64,000 nt of DNA, taken from an uncultured bacterium. Its GTDB lineage: Bacteria; Acidobacteriota; HRBIN11; JAKEFK01. A model generated the notes under the pieces. That model saw only the letters and a list, made by a program, of their open reading frames with translations. It was not told where the DNA came from and ran no database searches. The DNA lies in NCBI GenBank assembly GCA_963777505.1, contig CAVZQN010000003.1:448001-512000 (forward strand). The letters are read 5' to 3'. Below are positions 28,980 through 38,952 of the stretch, piece by piece. The position numbers and the translations under genes were made by a program. Numbering within the stretch: position 1 is the stretch's first letter; each line of letters begins with the position of its first letter.

Positions 28980-30649
28980 CTGGTTGGCTCAGCGGTTAAA
29001 GGTGGACGCATCAAGTTCGTCCGAATTGCTTCAAGAATCAACATCAAAGCAAGCAGTATCAACACGATGCTCACAAGACCATTCAACATGGTTGCATTCA
29101 ATTCAATCTTTTGTGCGAATGCCCACGTGGCTTGAATGACGAGCGCCCACAATGTGATTGCCATCACAAACAGCATTGGAATGAAAGTAAACATAAAGGG
29201 GCGTTTTGTTTGTTTGAGCCAGATTGTCACTGCAAGCAAACTTAGTGCAGCTAGAAGCTGATTGCTTGTTCCGAATAGTGTCCAGAACAAACGGTATGTG
29301 CCGCTTCCTGCCACAAGTAAAAGTACTGTTGGGGGAATGACTGTCAGCAGTGTTGCCACAATTGCGCCTTTTCGGTGATGTAAATTAAAAAGTTCCTGAA
29401 GAATGTAGCGGCCTAGACGTGTTGCAACATCAAGTGTGTCAAAGATAAAAGTCGAAAAAGCCATCAAGCCGAAAGTCACCGCAAATTTCAGATTTTCTTC
29501 ACCAACAATTACGGTCATAAAACGCCCAATACCTTGTCCGTAAATCGTTCCCGGGCTCAAACCTTTTAGCGTTTCCGGAGCAGCCATCATGACGGTAGCA
29601 AGAGCGATCAATGCAACAAAGCCTTCCAAAAGCATTCCGCCATAACCAACCGGTTTGCAGTGCGATTCACAACTGATTTGTTTTGATGTTGTGCCTGAGG
29701 CTACCAATCCATGAAAGCCGGAACAGGCTCCGCATGCGATGGTTACAAATAAAAATGGGAACAACGCCCCACTGAGGCCTGGTGCGTGACTGGTAATGAA
29801 ATATTTTTGTTGTATATCAAAGTTGCCAAAAAATATTCCAATGATTCCGACGGCCAGCGCTAAATACAAAACAAAACCGCCTAAATATCCGCGCGGCTGC
29901 AACAGCACCCAAACAGGAAGCAATGATGCAATGAAGCAGTATGCAAGAATGATCAGGATCCAGGCCGTTGCGGGAAGAATCAACAACATTGAAATTTTTG
30001 TTCCAAGCCAAACAACTCCTAAAGTCGCCGGAACAAAAATAATGGAGGTAAGCCACAATGGAGGATTCAATTTGCGCTGAACGAAACCCATAATAATCGA
30101 AAGCAGCAGATACGCTGTACTGGCGGCAGCAACTGCACCGCCAGGATTAAACATTCCAGTGCTATTGGGTAATTCTTCGCTTTTTCCAACAAATGTACTT
30201 GCAGTGACATCAGTGAAAGCGCAGATGACATAAATGAGTGCAAGCCAGATGAAAATCATCATAAAAATCCAGGCTCTGGATCCAAGCCGTTGGCGAACGA
30301 TCTCTGCAATGGATCGTCCTTCATGTCGAACAGAAGCGACAAGGCTGGAGAAATCATGAACGGCGCCGATAAATACTGCGCCCAATCCAATCCATATCAA
30401 ACAGGGAAGCCAACCGAATTGCATACTGGCTGCAATTGGTCCAACGATCGGTCCGGCAGCGGCAATTGCACTGAAGTGTTGTCCGAGTAAATAGAATCGC
30501 TTCGTAGGCGAGTAATCTATACCGTCATTTAGTTTGACCGCGGGAGTGATGGTACTATCATCGAGTTTATATTTTGAGGCAACATAACGGCCATAAAGTT
30601 TGTAGCCTGCTGCAAGAAAAATTAGGAATGCAATTGCGATAAGTGCCAT
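28976..30649 (-). CDS. cstA: Carbon starvation protein A (CstA) family transporter
   Basis: TPAVKLNDGIDY, HFSAIAAAGPIVGP, LPVWVLLQPRGY, IACGACSGFH, FGTSNQL. Confidence 0.92.
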   Translation of the reverse strand: MALIAIAFLIFLAAGYKLYGRYVASKYKLDDSTITPAVKLNDGIDYSPTKRFYLLGQHFSAIAAAGPIVGPIAASMQFGWLPCLIWIGLGAVFIGAVHDFSSLVASVRHEGRSIAEIVRQRLGSRAWIFMMIFIWLALIYVICAFTDVTASTFVGKSEELPNSTGMFNPGGAVAAASTAYLLLSIIMGFVQRKLNPPLWLTSIIFVPATLGVVWLGTKISMLLILPATAWILIILAYCFIASLLPVWVLLQPRGYLGGFVLYLALAVGIIGIFFGNFDIQQKYFITSHAPGLSGALFPFLFVTIACGACSGFHGLVASGTTSKQISCESHCKPVGYGGMLLEGFVALIALATVMMAAPETLKGLSPGTIYGQGIGRFMTVIVGEENLKFAVTFGLMAFSTFIFDTLDVATRLGRYILQELFNLHHRKGAIVATLLTVIPPTVLLLVAGSGTYRLFWTLFGTSNQLLAALSLLAVTIWLKQTKRPFMFTFIPMLFVMAITLWALVIQATWAFAQKIELNATMLNGLVSIVLILLALMLILEAIRTNLMRPPLTAEPTS

Positions 30650-30665
30650 ATTGTTAAATTTACCA

Positions 30666-30745
30666 CGTTTGTAGTTAGGCACGCAGCTGAGCGAAGCGAA
30701 GCAGTGCCGTCAGATTTACGGTACTGTGTACCCTAACTACAAACG
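30666..30745. repeat. 80-bp palindromic element with GTAG/CTAC-containing 13-bp inverted ends
   Basis: CGTTTGTAGTTAG ... CTAACTACAAACG is a perfect inverted repeat, with an internal GAGCGAAGCGAAGC. Confidence 0.65.
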
Positions 30746-30759
30746 GTTTATATTGAATC

Positions 30760-32925
30760 ATGAGCTTGCGTTCTTTCATAAGTTCAACTATCGTGATCGC
30801 CGCTCTGATGATCGAGGGTTATACCATGGAAAATACAAATCAAAAAACTGAACAAAAAAATCGTTTAAGTAAAGAAAAGAGTCCTTATCTACTTCAACAC
30901 GCAGACAATCCAGTTGATTGGTATCCGTGGAGTCATGAGGCTTTTGAAAAAGCGCGCCAGGAAAACAAACCTGTTTTCTTATCCATTGGATATTCCACCT
31001 GTCATTGGTGTCATGTAATGGAGCATGAATCTTTTGAAGATCGAAGGGTCGCGGATCTCATGAACGAAACTTTTGTATCAATAAAAGTTGACCGCGAGGA
31101 ACGTCCGGATATTGACAACATATATATGACAGTTTGCCAGATGATGACAGGAAGCGGTGGATGGCCTCTCACGATCGTCATGACACCTGACAAAAAGCCG
31201 TTTTTTGCTGCAACCTATATTCCGAAAGAAGCCAGATTCGGCAGAGCAGGAATGATTGAATTGATACCGCGTTTACGCGAGCTCTGGGAAAACCGTAATG
31301 ATGAAGTTCGAAAATCGGCGGATCTCATCACAAGTTCGCTGCAGGACGCTCATGTAACTCAAGAGGCCGGCGTAGAACTTTCGAAAGTTGAACTGGATCA
31401 AACACGCGAACAGCTTTATCAAAGATTCGATCCATATTATGGAGGGTTCGGAAGTGCTCCAAAATTTCCAACACCTCATCAACATCTTTTCTTATTACGT
31501 TATTGGAAGAGAACAGGGGATGGCAAAACACTTGAAATGGTTTTGAAGACTCTGGATGCCATGCGAATGGGAGGAGTTTATGACCAATTGGGTTTCGGTT
31601 TTCATCGATATTCAACAGATCGTGAATGGCTGGTTCCACATTTTGAAAAGATGCTTTACGACCAGGCTATGCTGACGTTGGCCTACACTGAAGCGTATCA
31701 AGCAACAGGGCAAACTCGTTACAAAGAAACTGTCGAAGAAATCTTAACGTATGTTTCGCGCGATATGACTTCGCCTGAAGGTGGTTTTTATTCTGCCGAA
31801 GATGCCGACAGTGAAGGAGAGGAAGGGAAGTTTTATTTCTGGGAAGAAGGTGAGATCCGAAAAATACTTGGTTCCGATGCGGAATTGATTTTGGAAGTAT
31901 TCAATGTTGTGAAAGGCGGAAATTTTGTTGACTCCGTAACCGGTGAAAAACCGGAAACAAACATCCTGCACATAAAAAAGCCGTTAACTGAAATCGCCAA
32001 ACACAACAAAATAAGTGAACAAGAACTAAAGGATCGGATCGATTCAGCGCGCAAAAAGCTATTTGATGTACGCGAAAAACGGATCCATCCATACAAGGAC
32101 GATAAGATCTTGACTGACTGGAACGGTCTTATGATTGCGGCCTTTGCGCGTGCAGCACAAGCGATGCAGAAGCCGGAATATGCGGCAGCCGCTGAAAAAG
32201 CCGCAACTTTCATCCTGGAAAAGATGAAATCCAAAGATGGAAATCTGATGCATCGTTACCGCGAAGGAGAAGCAGGATTGCCTTCGCATGTAGATGACTA
32301 TGCTTTTTTTGTTTGGGGTCTGTTGGAACTTTATGAAGCGACATTTGATCCGGCCTGGCTGAAAGAAGCGATCGCGTTGAATCAGTATTTAATTGAGCAT
32401 TACTGGGATGATGAAAAAGGTGGTTTCTTTTTCACTTCAGATCAAGGTGAAGAGCTCATTACTCGGACAAAAGAAGTCTATGACGGTGCGGTTCCTTCCG
32501 GAAATTCCGTTGCAGTGCTTAACCTGCTGCGTTTATCGCGGATTACTGCAGAAACAGAACTTGAAAAGAAAGCGGATCAAATTGTGAAAGCTTTTTCGCA
32601 AAACGTTAAGTCCGTTCCTTCGGCTCATACAATGTTGATGAGTGCTTTAGATTTTGCAATCGGACCCTCTTACGAAATTGTCATTGCGGGCGATCCAAAA
32701 TCGCAAGACACAAGAAACATGATCAGTGAAATAGGAAAGACATTTTTGCCGAACAAAGTGATTTTGCTACGTCCGGAAGGTGAAATGCCTGAGATTTCAA
32801 AGATTGCAGCGTTTACTAAAACTCAAAAAAGTTTGAATGGCAAAGCGACAGCCTATGTGTGTTTAAACTATTTGTGTAAGGCTCCTACGACAGATCCAGA
32901 ACAAATGTTGAAACTGTTAAAGTAA
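30760..32925 (+). CDS. YyaL/SSP411-like thioredoxin-domain (DUF255) protein
   Basis: [63 protein letters not shown]. Start may be ATG 30826. Confidence 0.92.
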   Translation: MSLRSFISSTIVIAALMIEGYTMENTNQKTEQKNRLSKEKSPYLLQHADNPVDWYPWSHEAFEKARQENKPVFLSIGYSTCHWCHVMEHESFEDRRVADLMNETFVSIKVDREERPDIDNIYMTVCQMMTGSGGWPLTIVMTPDKKPFFAATYIPKEARFGRAGMIELIPRLRELWENRNDEVRKSADLITSSLQDAHVTQEAGVELSKVELDQTREQLYQRFDPYYGGFGSAPKFPTPHQHLFLLRYWKRTGDGKTLEMVLKTLDAMRMGGVYDQLGFGFHRYSTDREWLVPHFEKMLYDQAMLTLAYTEAYQATGQTRYKETVEEILTYVSRDMTSPEGGFYSAEDADSEGEEGKFYFWEEGEIRKILGSDAELILEVFNVVKGGNFVDSVTGEKPETNILHIKKPLTEIAKHNKISEQELKDRIDSARKKLFDVREKRIHPYKDDKILTDWNGLMIAAFARAAQAMQKPEYAAAAEKAATFILEKMKSKDGNLMHRYREGEAGLPSHVDDYAFFVWGLLELYEATFDPAWLKEAIALNQYLIEHYWDDEKGGFFFTSDQGEELITRTKEVYDGAVPSGNSVAVLNLLRLSRITAETELEKKADQIVKAFSQNVKSVPSAHTMLMSALDFAIGPSYEIVIAGDPKSQDTRNMISEIGKTFLPNKVILLRPEGEMPEISKIAAFTKTQKSLNGKATAYVCLNYLCKAPTTDPEQMLKLLK

Positions 32926-32927
32926 TA

Positions 32928-33036
32928 CGGAGCGCAGGCTTCCAGCCTGCATTTCGGGCCGCGGACTTCCAGTCCGCAATTTTCTTGCAGGCAAGATGCC
33001 TGCGGCCCTTAATGCGGACAAGATGTCCGCGCTCCG
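32928..33036. repeat. Four-unit nested REP-like cluster (GGAG/GGGC-headed family)
   Basis: ggagcgcaggcttccagcctgc, gggccgcggacttccagtccgc, gcaggcaagatgcctgcggccc, gcggacaagatgtccgcgctcc, between convergent genes. Confidence 0.85.
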
Positions 33037-33042
33037 ATAGCC

Positions 33043-34587
33043 CTACCAGTTCTTGCCTAAGTCAGCGAATAAGGCTGCGTACAGTTCAATTCCATCCCAC
33101 AGATTTTGAAGGCGGAGATTTTCGTTGGCTGCATGTTGATTGTTGTCATGATTAGCAATCGGCAATCCAATTACCGGCGCATTGAGCTCATCAAACAGAT
33201 ACATTGGAATACTTCCGCCGAGCGATGGCATTTTGATGAGCTTGATTCCAAGTGAAGTTTCAATTGTTTTAATCACTGCAGTAGATTCGGGCCGGTCTAG
33301 TGAAGTTCGAGCTGCGGGATAACCTTCCTCCCATTCTAACAGGACAATGTTTCCGAACTGCTTTCTTTGATCGGTTGTTGGCGGAGCATCCACAATAAAA
33401 AAGCCTTGAGCGCGAATATGATTTTCAACAAGTTCTCGAACGACTCTGGGCCTTTGATCCGGGACGAGCCGGAAATCGAATGAGGCTTTTGCTTCCGTTG
33501 GAATTGCATTTGGAGCTTTTTCCCCTACGGCACCACCTTGAATTCCCTGAATGTTCAATGCGGGCATTCCGATCGTGCGCTCAACGAGTGAAGCATTGCC
33601 TGCTTCTGTTTTTGCAAGACCAAAAGTAACACGCAAATCCATGTCAGCTGAAGGTACTTCCGCAATCGCTTTACGTTCCATTTCATTGAACGGAATTACG
33701 CTATCGTAAAACTTAGGAATTAAGATCTTGCCATCCTTATCGCGCATAGTTGCGATCAAATTCGCAAGAAGCGCAAGTGGATTTGGTGCCCAATTACCAT
33801 AATGACCGCTATGAAGAGCGCGAGTCGGACCGTACACTGTCATGTCCAGCCCCATCACCCCACGCGCACCAAAGTAAAGTTGTTGTCTTCGCGTTTGATG
33901 AACTGGGCCATCGCAAAGGAACCAGACATCTGCTTTTAATAAATCTCTGTTCTTTGTCATCAAAGCAGGTAAGTTGGGTGATCCTGCTTCTTCTTCGCCT
34001 TCAAAAAAGAATTTTAAATTTACAGATGGTTGAATGTTTGCAGCTTTCAAAGCGTCGAGTGCAGCCAATATCGCAGAAATCGGAGCCTTATCGTCTCCAG
34101 TCGAGCGTGCATACAAGCGCCACTCCGGGTTCAATGGACCCTGAATTCCATCGATGGAAATTTCTTTGCTTTTTGGATCTCCTTCCCTTAACACCGGTTT
34201 CCATGGATCCCCAGTCCATTGCGAAGGATCAACAGGTTGTCCATCGTAATGAACATACAATCCAATCGTTTTTGCTTCCGCACTCACTTTCAGTTCACCG
34301 AAAACCGCTGGAGGTGTTCCTTCGTTCTCAAGCAAGCTGGCTTCAACACCGCGCGCCTTAAGCATCTCAACAATTTTGTCGGCATTTTTCAGAATATTTT
34401 CTGTATCAGAAGCGACATTTGGGATCGCTAGCAAATCGATAAATTCTTTCAAGATTGCTTTTTCATTTGCTTGCCTGTAACTGCGGACCTTTGACTGTAT
34501 TGAATCATCAGTTTGAGAACTCAATGTTTGATGTTGAATCAGACACCCAAAGAAAAAACTCATTAGAATAAAAATTCGAAATTTCAT
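33043..34587 (-). CDS. M20/M25/M40-family metallopeptidase with signal peptide
   Basis: HYDGQP, ARSTGDDK, EGEEEAGS, HSGHYG, NNQHAANEN. ATG 34587 overlaps the hemD stop. Confidence 0.9.
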   Translation of the reverse strand: MKFRIFILMSFFFGCLIQHQTLSSQTDDSIQSKVRSYRQANEKAILKEFIDLLAIPNVASDTENILKNADKIVEMLKARGVEASLLENEGTPPAVFGELKVSAEAKTIGLYVHYDGQPVDPSQWTGDPWKPVLREGDPKSKEISIDGIQGPLNPEWRLYARSTGDDKAPISAILAALDALKAANIQPSVNLKFFFEGEEEAGSPNLPALMTKNRDLLKADVWFLCDGPVHQTRRQQLYFGARGVMGLDMTVYGPTRALHSGHYGNWAPNPLALLANLIATMRDKDGKILIPKFYDSVIPFNEMERKAIAEVPSADMDLRVTFGLAKTEAGNASLVERTIGMPALNIQGIQGGAVGEKAPNAIPTEAKASFDFRLVPDQRPRVVRELVENHIRAQGFFIVDAPPTTDQRKQFGNIVLLEWEEGYPAARTSLDRPESTAVIKTIETSLGIKLIKMPSLGGSIPMYLFDELNAPVIGLPIANHDNNQHAANENLRLQNLWDGIELYAALFADLGKNW

Positions 34588-35729
34588 GCTTCCGACTCCA
34601 CTTTTACATCTTTTTCCAAAGCGCGAACCAGACCTGCAATTGTAAACTCCTTTGCTTGAACTGCACATGGCAATCCATGTTCCTGTAAAGTTGCAGCGGT
34701 GACCGGTCCAATGGATGCGATTCTTGTTTTTCGAAAATCCATTGTACCCAAAAGTTCTCCTGCGATTTCTACAAAATGGTTAACTGTTGAACTCGATGTG
34801 AAAGTTATATAGTCCAGCCTCTGATTGTTTAACGCTTGTATCAATTCATTTCGGCTTGATTCGGGAATTTCAGCACGATAGATTTGGACTTCATGAACTT
34901 TTGCGCCTTGAGCTTCAAGAACTTCAGGCAGAATTCTTCTAGAGCCTTCAGCTCTCGGAAGAAGTATTTTTTTTCCTTTAATTTTGCGCTTTATCATTTC
35001 TTCAGCAAGGCTTTCTGCTTGAAATAGCGGCGGCACAACAGCTGCTTCAATACCGCGCTCACGCGCTGCAGCGGCCGTTGATCTTCCGATGCAAGCGACC
35101 TGGAGGTTCTTAAAAATATTCCAACTTAATGACGATTCCCTGAAGACCTTGTCAAGGATAGTAACAGTATTGACGCTCGTCAGAATAAGCCACTCATAAT
35201 CGGCAATATTGCCGAGTGCAACTAGAAGCTCGGCTCTTTTCTGTGTCAGTAATACGATTTCTATTGCAGGAATTTCAACGACTTGCGCACCTCTCTGGAT
35301 TAATAGTGAAGATAATTCGTGGGCTTGTTTTTTTGCTCGTGTAACAAGAATTGTTTTTCCTGCGAGGGATCCTGCTTTTAAACGTGATAAATCCGCGGCG
35401 ATCAGCATGTAAACAAAATCGTCACGAATTCCTCGCACGCGCTGAGCGATCTCACCGGCAACACTAATGATTGCACGATATTTGTTGTTGGTTTGTTGAA
35501 GCAATGCGCATGGCTCGGCAGGCCCAAGTCCATTCATAATCAATAGTTCAATTGTTTGACTGAAGTGTTCCGTTTCGATGCGAAGCAATACCGGATCCGA
35601 AATCGCTACAATCGATTGCCATTCAATTTGATTGAAGTCGGAACCAACAAGATCTTTGATGTAAAGGCCTTCATGATAGAGTTCTAAAACTGCAGTAGAG
35701 ACGTTCAGATCCTTAGGCTGATGGATCAA
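34584..35729 (-). CDS. hemD: Uroporphyrinogen-III synthase with an extra ~120-aa N-terminal region
   Basis: LAGKTILVTRA, LILTSVN, CIGRST, LLPRA, FTSSSTV, SIGPVT; follows hemC. Confidence 0.88.
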   Translation of the reverse strand: MIHQPKDLNVSTAVLELYHEGLYIKDLVGSDFNQIEWQSIVAISDPVLLRIETEHFSQTIELLIMNGLGPAEPCALLQQTNNKYRAIISVAGEIAQRVRGIRDDFVYMLIAADLSRLKAGSLAGKTILVTRAKKQAHELSSLLIQRGAQVVEIPAIEIVLLTQKRAELLVALGNIADYEWLILTSVNTVTILDKVFRESSLSWNIFKNLQVACIGRSTAAAARERGIEAAVVPPLFQAESLAEEMIKRKIKGKKILLPRAEGSRRILPEVLEAQGAKVHEVQIYRAEIPESSRNELIQALNNQRLDYITFTSSSTVNHFVEIAGELLGTMDFRKTRIASIGPVTAATLQEHGLPCAVQAKEFTIAGLVRALEKDVKVESEA

Positions 35730-36643
35730 TTTGGTTTCTCATTCAGTTCTGCAAGTAGTTCACGTGCGCCTTGATTGTCCAGCTTTTGTTGCATTAAGGT
35801 AATGCATTCTTTTGGTAAAGGGCATCTGACGAAATCTTGTGCGATCCTTCCCGAACGAACTCCTCCTATAAACGCACGAAAAGTCCAGGCGCCACTTTCG
35901 AGACTTGCAAATCCGCCGATCGGTAAATGGCATCCACCTTCGTACAAAGTTAAAAAGCCACGCTCAATTCCTGATGCGATTGCGCTGACTGGATCATTCA
36001 GAGTATGCACCAATGCTGAAACTTTATAATTTTCCCTTGTTTGAATAGCAATTGTGCCTTGCCCGATTGCTGGAATAAATGCATCTTCCATCATGGTTTG
36101 CATAATCGATTCGTCATATAACTCCAATCGATGAAGCCCTGCAGCAGCCACGACGATTGCATCATACTGTCGTTCCCGCAATTTGCGGAGCCGTGTATCG
36201 AGATTTCCGCGAAGCATTTCAACTTTTAAATCAGGCCTGAAAAATCGTACCAATACCTCTCGGCGCAAGCTACTGGTTCCTACACGTTTGCCTGCTGGAA
36301 TATGCTGCAGATCTTCTTGTTCGCTTACCCAAACGTCTCTTGGATCTTCACGAGGCAAAAAGGCTTCGAGTGTTAATCCTCGCGTTACCATCGACGGAAC
36401 ATCCTTTAAGCTATGTACAGCTAAATCCGCTTCATCTCGCAAAAGTGCCTCTTCAATCTCCTTCAAAAATGCTCCTTTTCCTCCAAACTCGGAAAGCGGA
36501 CGATCATTCAGTTGATCTCCTGTAGTTGTAAACGTTTGAATTTGCCAATTGTGTTCAGGAAATTTTCGCTGAAGGATTTTTTGTACAAGTTCGGCTTGAT
36601 ACACAGCGAGCTTGCTTCCACGTGTTGCAATAATGAATCTCAT
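35726..36643 (-). CDS. hemC: Hydroxymethylbilane synthase
   Basis: ATRGSKLA, AVHSLKD, REDPRD, GTSSLRR, RGNLDTRL, GGCHLPIG. Confidence 0.96.
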   Translation of the reverse strand: MRFIIATRGSKLAVYQAELVQKILQRKFPEHNWQIQTFTTTGDQLNDRPLSEFGGKGAFLKEIEEALLRDEADLAVHSLKDVPSMVTRGLTLEAFLPREDPRDVWVSEQEDLQHIPAGKRVGTSSLRREVLVRFFRPDLKVEMLRGNLDTRLRKLRERQYDAIVVAAAGLHRLELYDESIMQTMMEDAFIPAIGQGTIAIQTRENYKVSALVHTLNDPVSAIASGIERGFLTLYEGGCHLPIGGFASLESGAWTFRAFIGGVRSGRIAQDFVRCPLPKECITLMQQKLDNQGARELLAELNEKPN

Positions 36644-36660
36644 AATTACAGTGTTATGTA

Positions 36661-36682
36661 CGGGTCTTAGACCCGCCCCTAC
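36661..36682. repeat. GTAG-type REP-like hairpin (partial)
   Basis: CGGGTCTTAGACCCGCCCCTAC between hemA and hemC. Confidence 0.75.
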
Positions 36683-36684
36683 TT

Positions 36685-37938
36685 CTACAGCCTAAATAAT
36701 TTTCGAATGAGTTCGATTTTTTCGAATCCGTCCGGCTGATTGGCAAGCTGTCGAAGTTCTGCGAATGAACTTTGAGTAAGTTTATTTGTAAGACTCGCTG
36801 TCAAAGTTTCCAGCGCTTCTTTTTGTTCCTCGTTCAGCGGACCAAGTTTTTTTAAGGCTCGCTGCAATTCGATTTCCCGAAGTGCGTCAATCCGTTCTTG
36901 AATTTCACGAATCGTAGGAGCAATATCAAGTGTCTTTAAACGATTCCAGAATTGATCGGCTTCGCGCGCAACGATTTCTTCTGCGCGAACGGCTTCTTTT
37001 TCACGTTCTTTTCGATTCGCATCTGCCACATTATTCAGATCATCAATATCGTAAAGAAAGATGTTATCGATTTCATTGATTTGCGGATCGACATCTCTTG
37101 GGACTGCGATGTCGATTAGAAACATCGGCTTATTTTTTCGGATAGCCATAGCTCGATGAATGTGTTCTTTACGTAGAATGAAATTTGTAGAACCTGTCGA
37201 ACTGATCACTATGTCAGCTTCCGCAAGACAATCGGTAAGGTCTTCAAATGGAACTGCCCGTCCTTTAATTTTTTCTGCGAGGTCGGCGGCATTTTGAAAA
37301 GTACGATTTGTCACAAGAATTAGCCGTATTCCGCGAGACTGCAAATGACGGATCGCATGTATACTCATTTTCCCTGCACCAACAATCAATGCTGTCTTGC
37401 CGTCCAGTTTGCCGAAAATTTTGGAGGCTAATTCAACCGCGACAGAACTGATTGAAACCGCATTGGAGGCGATCATGGTTTCGGTTCGCACTTTCTTTGC
37501 AACCATAAATGCGCGTTCCATTACTGTATTTAAAGTGAAGCCGATGGAACGATGTTGCTGAGCCAGTGCGAAGAATTGTTTCATCTGACCCAAAATCTGA
37601 GGTTCACCAATAATCATAGAATCCAAACTGCTTGCTACGCGAAAAACATGCTTGATCGCATCCGGTCCGCTGTGATGATACAGAAAAGGTTCAAATTCTC
37701 CACTAGAAACCCCACGCATATCACTAATGAATTGTACAAGGTGATTTCGTGCGCCTTCTAGCGAATCATTATTTGCCATAATTTCAAATCGATTGCATGT
37801 CGAAAAAATCAAGCCTTCCGGTACTTTGGTTTGCAACTGCTGAAGGGCATTTGGGAAAAGTTCATCGGGAAGATGAAGACGTTCCCGCAATTCTATCGGC
37901 GCGGTTTTATGGCTTAATCCTGTGATCGTAATAATCAT
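36685..37938 (-). CDS. hemA: Glutamyl-tRNA reductase
   Basis: HKTAPIELRE, STCNRFE, SLDSMIIGEPQILGQ, GAGKM, DIAVPRD. Confidence 0.96.
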   Translation of the reverse strand: MIITITGLSHKTAPIELRERLHLPDELFPNALQQLQTKVPEGLIFSTCNRFEIMANNDSLEGARNHLVQFISDMRGVSSGEFEPFLYHHSGPDAIKHVFRVASSLDSMIIGEPQILGQMKQFFALAQQHRSIGFTLNTVMERAFMVAKKVRTETMIASNAVSISSVAVELASKIFGKLDGKTALIVGAGKMSIHAIRHLQSRGIRLILVTNRTFQNAADLAEKIKGRAVPFEDLTDCLAEADIVISSTGSTNFILRKEHIHRAMAIRKNKPMFLIDIAVPRDVDPQINEIDNIFLYDIDDLNNVADANRKEREKEAVRAEEIVAREADQFWNRLKTLDIAPTIREIQERIDALREIELQRALKKLGPLNEEQKEALETLTASLTNKLTQSSFAELRQLANQPDGFEKIELIRKLFRL

Positions 37939-37939
37939 T

Positions 37940-38752
37940 TCAGAATGCGTGATACCCCTTAAAAAGTAGCGAGACACCGGCGAAAGAGAATAACATCAAG
38001 GCAAATCCCACGATTGCCAGATACGCAGCTCTTCGACCTCTCCACGCCGCAAGAAGACGGCCATGTATCAACACCGCATAAAGAACCCATGTAATCACGG
38101 ACCAGATTTCTTTATAATCCCAACTGAAATACACGCCTTGCACACTTCGCGATAAAGCCATTCCTGTGATAATTCCGAGAGTTAGAAGAAAAAAACCCAA
38201 CCATAGGCTTTTGAATGCTAGATCTTCAAGAACTTCCAGAGAGGGAAGCCTGTAATAAAAGAATGCAGGTTGTTTGGATTTCAACTGCCGTTCTTGAATG
38301 ATGTACAGGATTGCAAGAATGAATGTAAGCGCAAGCGCGGCAACACTCAGCACCATTAACGGTATATGTATGTATACCCACTCACCGCGTATTGCTGGTT
38401 CAACGGAGGGAGCTGTTGCTCCTGCCAGTTCATGAAAAATGAGCGATAGAATTGCAATGGGCAGAACGATAACTGCCACAGCTTCCATCGAATCGCGCCG
38501 TGCAATCAGCACAAAGAAAAAAACTGTAAGCCATGAAACAAGACTAAAAGCTTCAGAAAGTGTCGTTGCAGGAAAATGTCGTTGGTGAAGTCCGACAACA
38601 ATTAAATCGATTGCATGTGTGACAAGACCCAGCAATAGAAACAGATAAGCAGCTCGAGCCGTTTTTTCCTTCTTAAAGATGAAACGGATGAGGAAATAGA
38701 TAGCGGCAACACCGTAGAAAATAACAGCAAGGAGCGCTAAGGCATCTTTCAT
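37940..38752 (-). CDS. ccsA: CcsA/HemX-like cytochrome c assembly family membrane protein
   Basis: About 8 TMs, HIP, LPSLEVLE, tryptophan-rich WDYKEIWSVITW, C-terminal His (GYHAF); directly upstream of hemA. Confidence 0.82.
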   Translation of the reverse strand: MKDALALLAVIFYGVAAIYFLIRFIFKKEKTARAAYLFLLLGLVTHAIDLIVVGLHQRHFPATTLSEAFSLVSWLTVFFFVLIARRDSMEAVAVIVLPIAILSLIFHELAGATAPSVEPAIRGEWVYIHIPLMVLSVAALALTFILAILYIIQERQLKSKQPAFFYYRLPSLEVLEDLAFKSLWLGFFLLTLGIITGMALSRSVQGVYFSWDYKEIWSVITWVLYAVLIHGRLLAAWRGRRAAYLAIVGFALMLFSFAGVSLLFKGYHAF

Positions 38753-38756
38753 AGTT

Positions 38757-38948
38757 TAACTGCTTGGCTTCCGCAGGGGAGCAGAGGTGCCGGGGAGCAG
38801 GGGAGATAGAATTCACACTGACTCCAGCGAAACCCAAATAGATAATGTTTATAAGAATAATTATAGATTAATTTTCCCACAGGCTGGAATAACAGGTCAC
38901 CCCTGCGCCCCCGCTCCTCTGCTCCCCTGCTGGGTGGCTAAGCAGTTA
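38757..38948. mobile_element. MITE-like 192-bp element with long imperfect inverted ends built from octamer repeats
   Basis: Left end TAACTGCTTGGCTTCCGCAGGGGAGCAGAGG; reverse complement of right end TAACTGCTTAGCCACCCAGCAGGGGAGCAGAGG. AT-rich core. Mobility not demonstrated. Confidence 0.55.
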
Positions 38949-38952
38949 ATGG

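Noticed and set aside
33750-34361. 203-aa antisense ORF, and similar shadow ORFs such as 49182..49790
   Set aside because: They lie wholly opposite well-supported genes and have no recognisable motifs or RBS.
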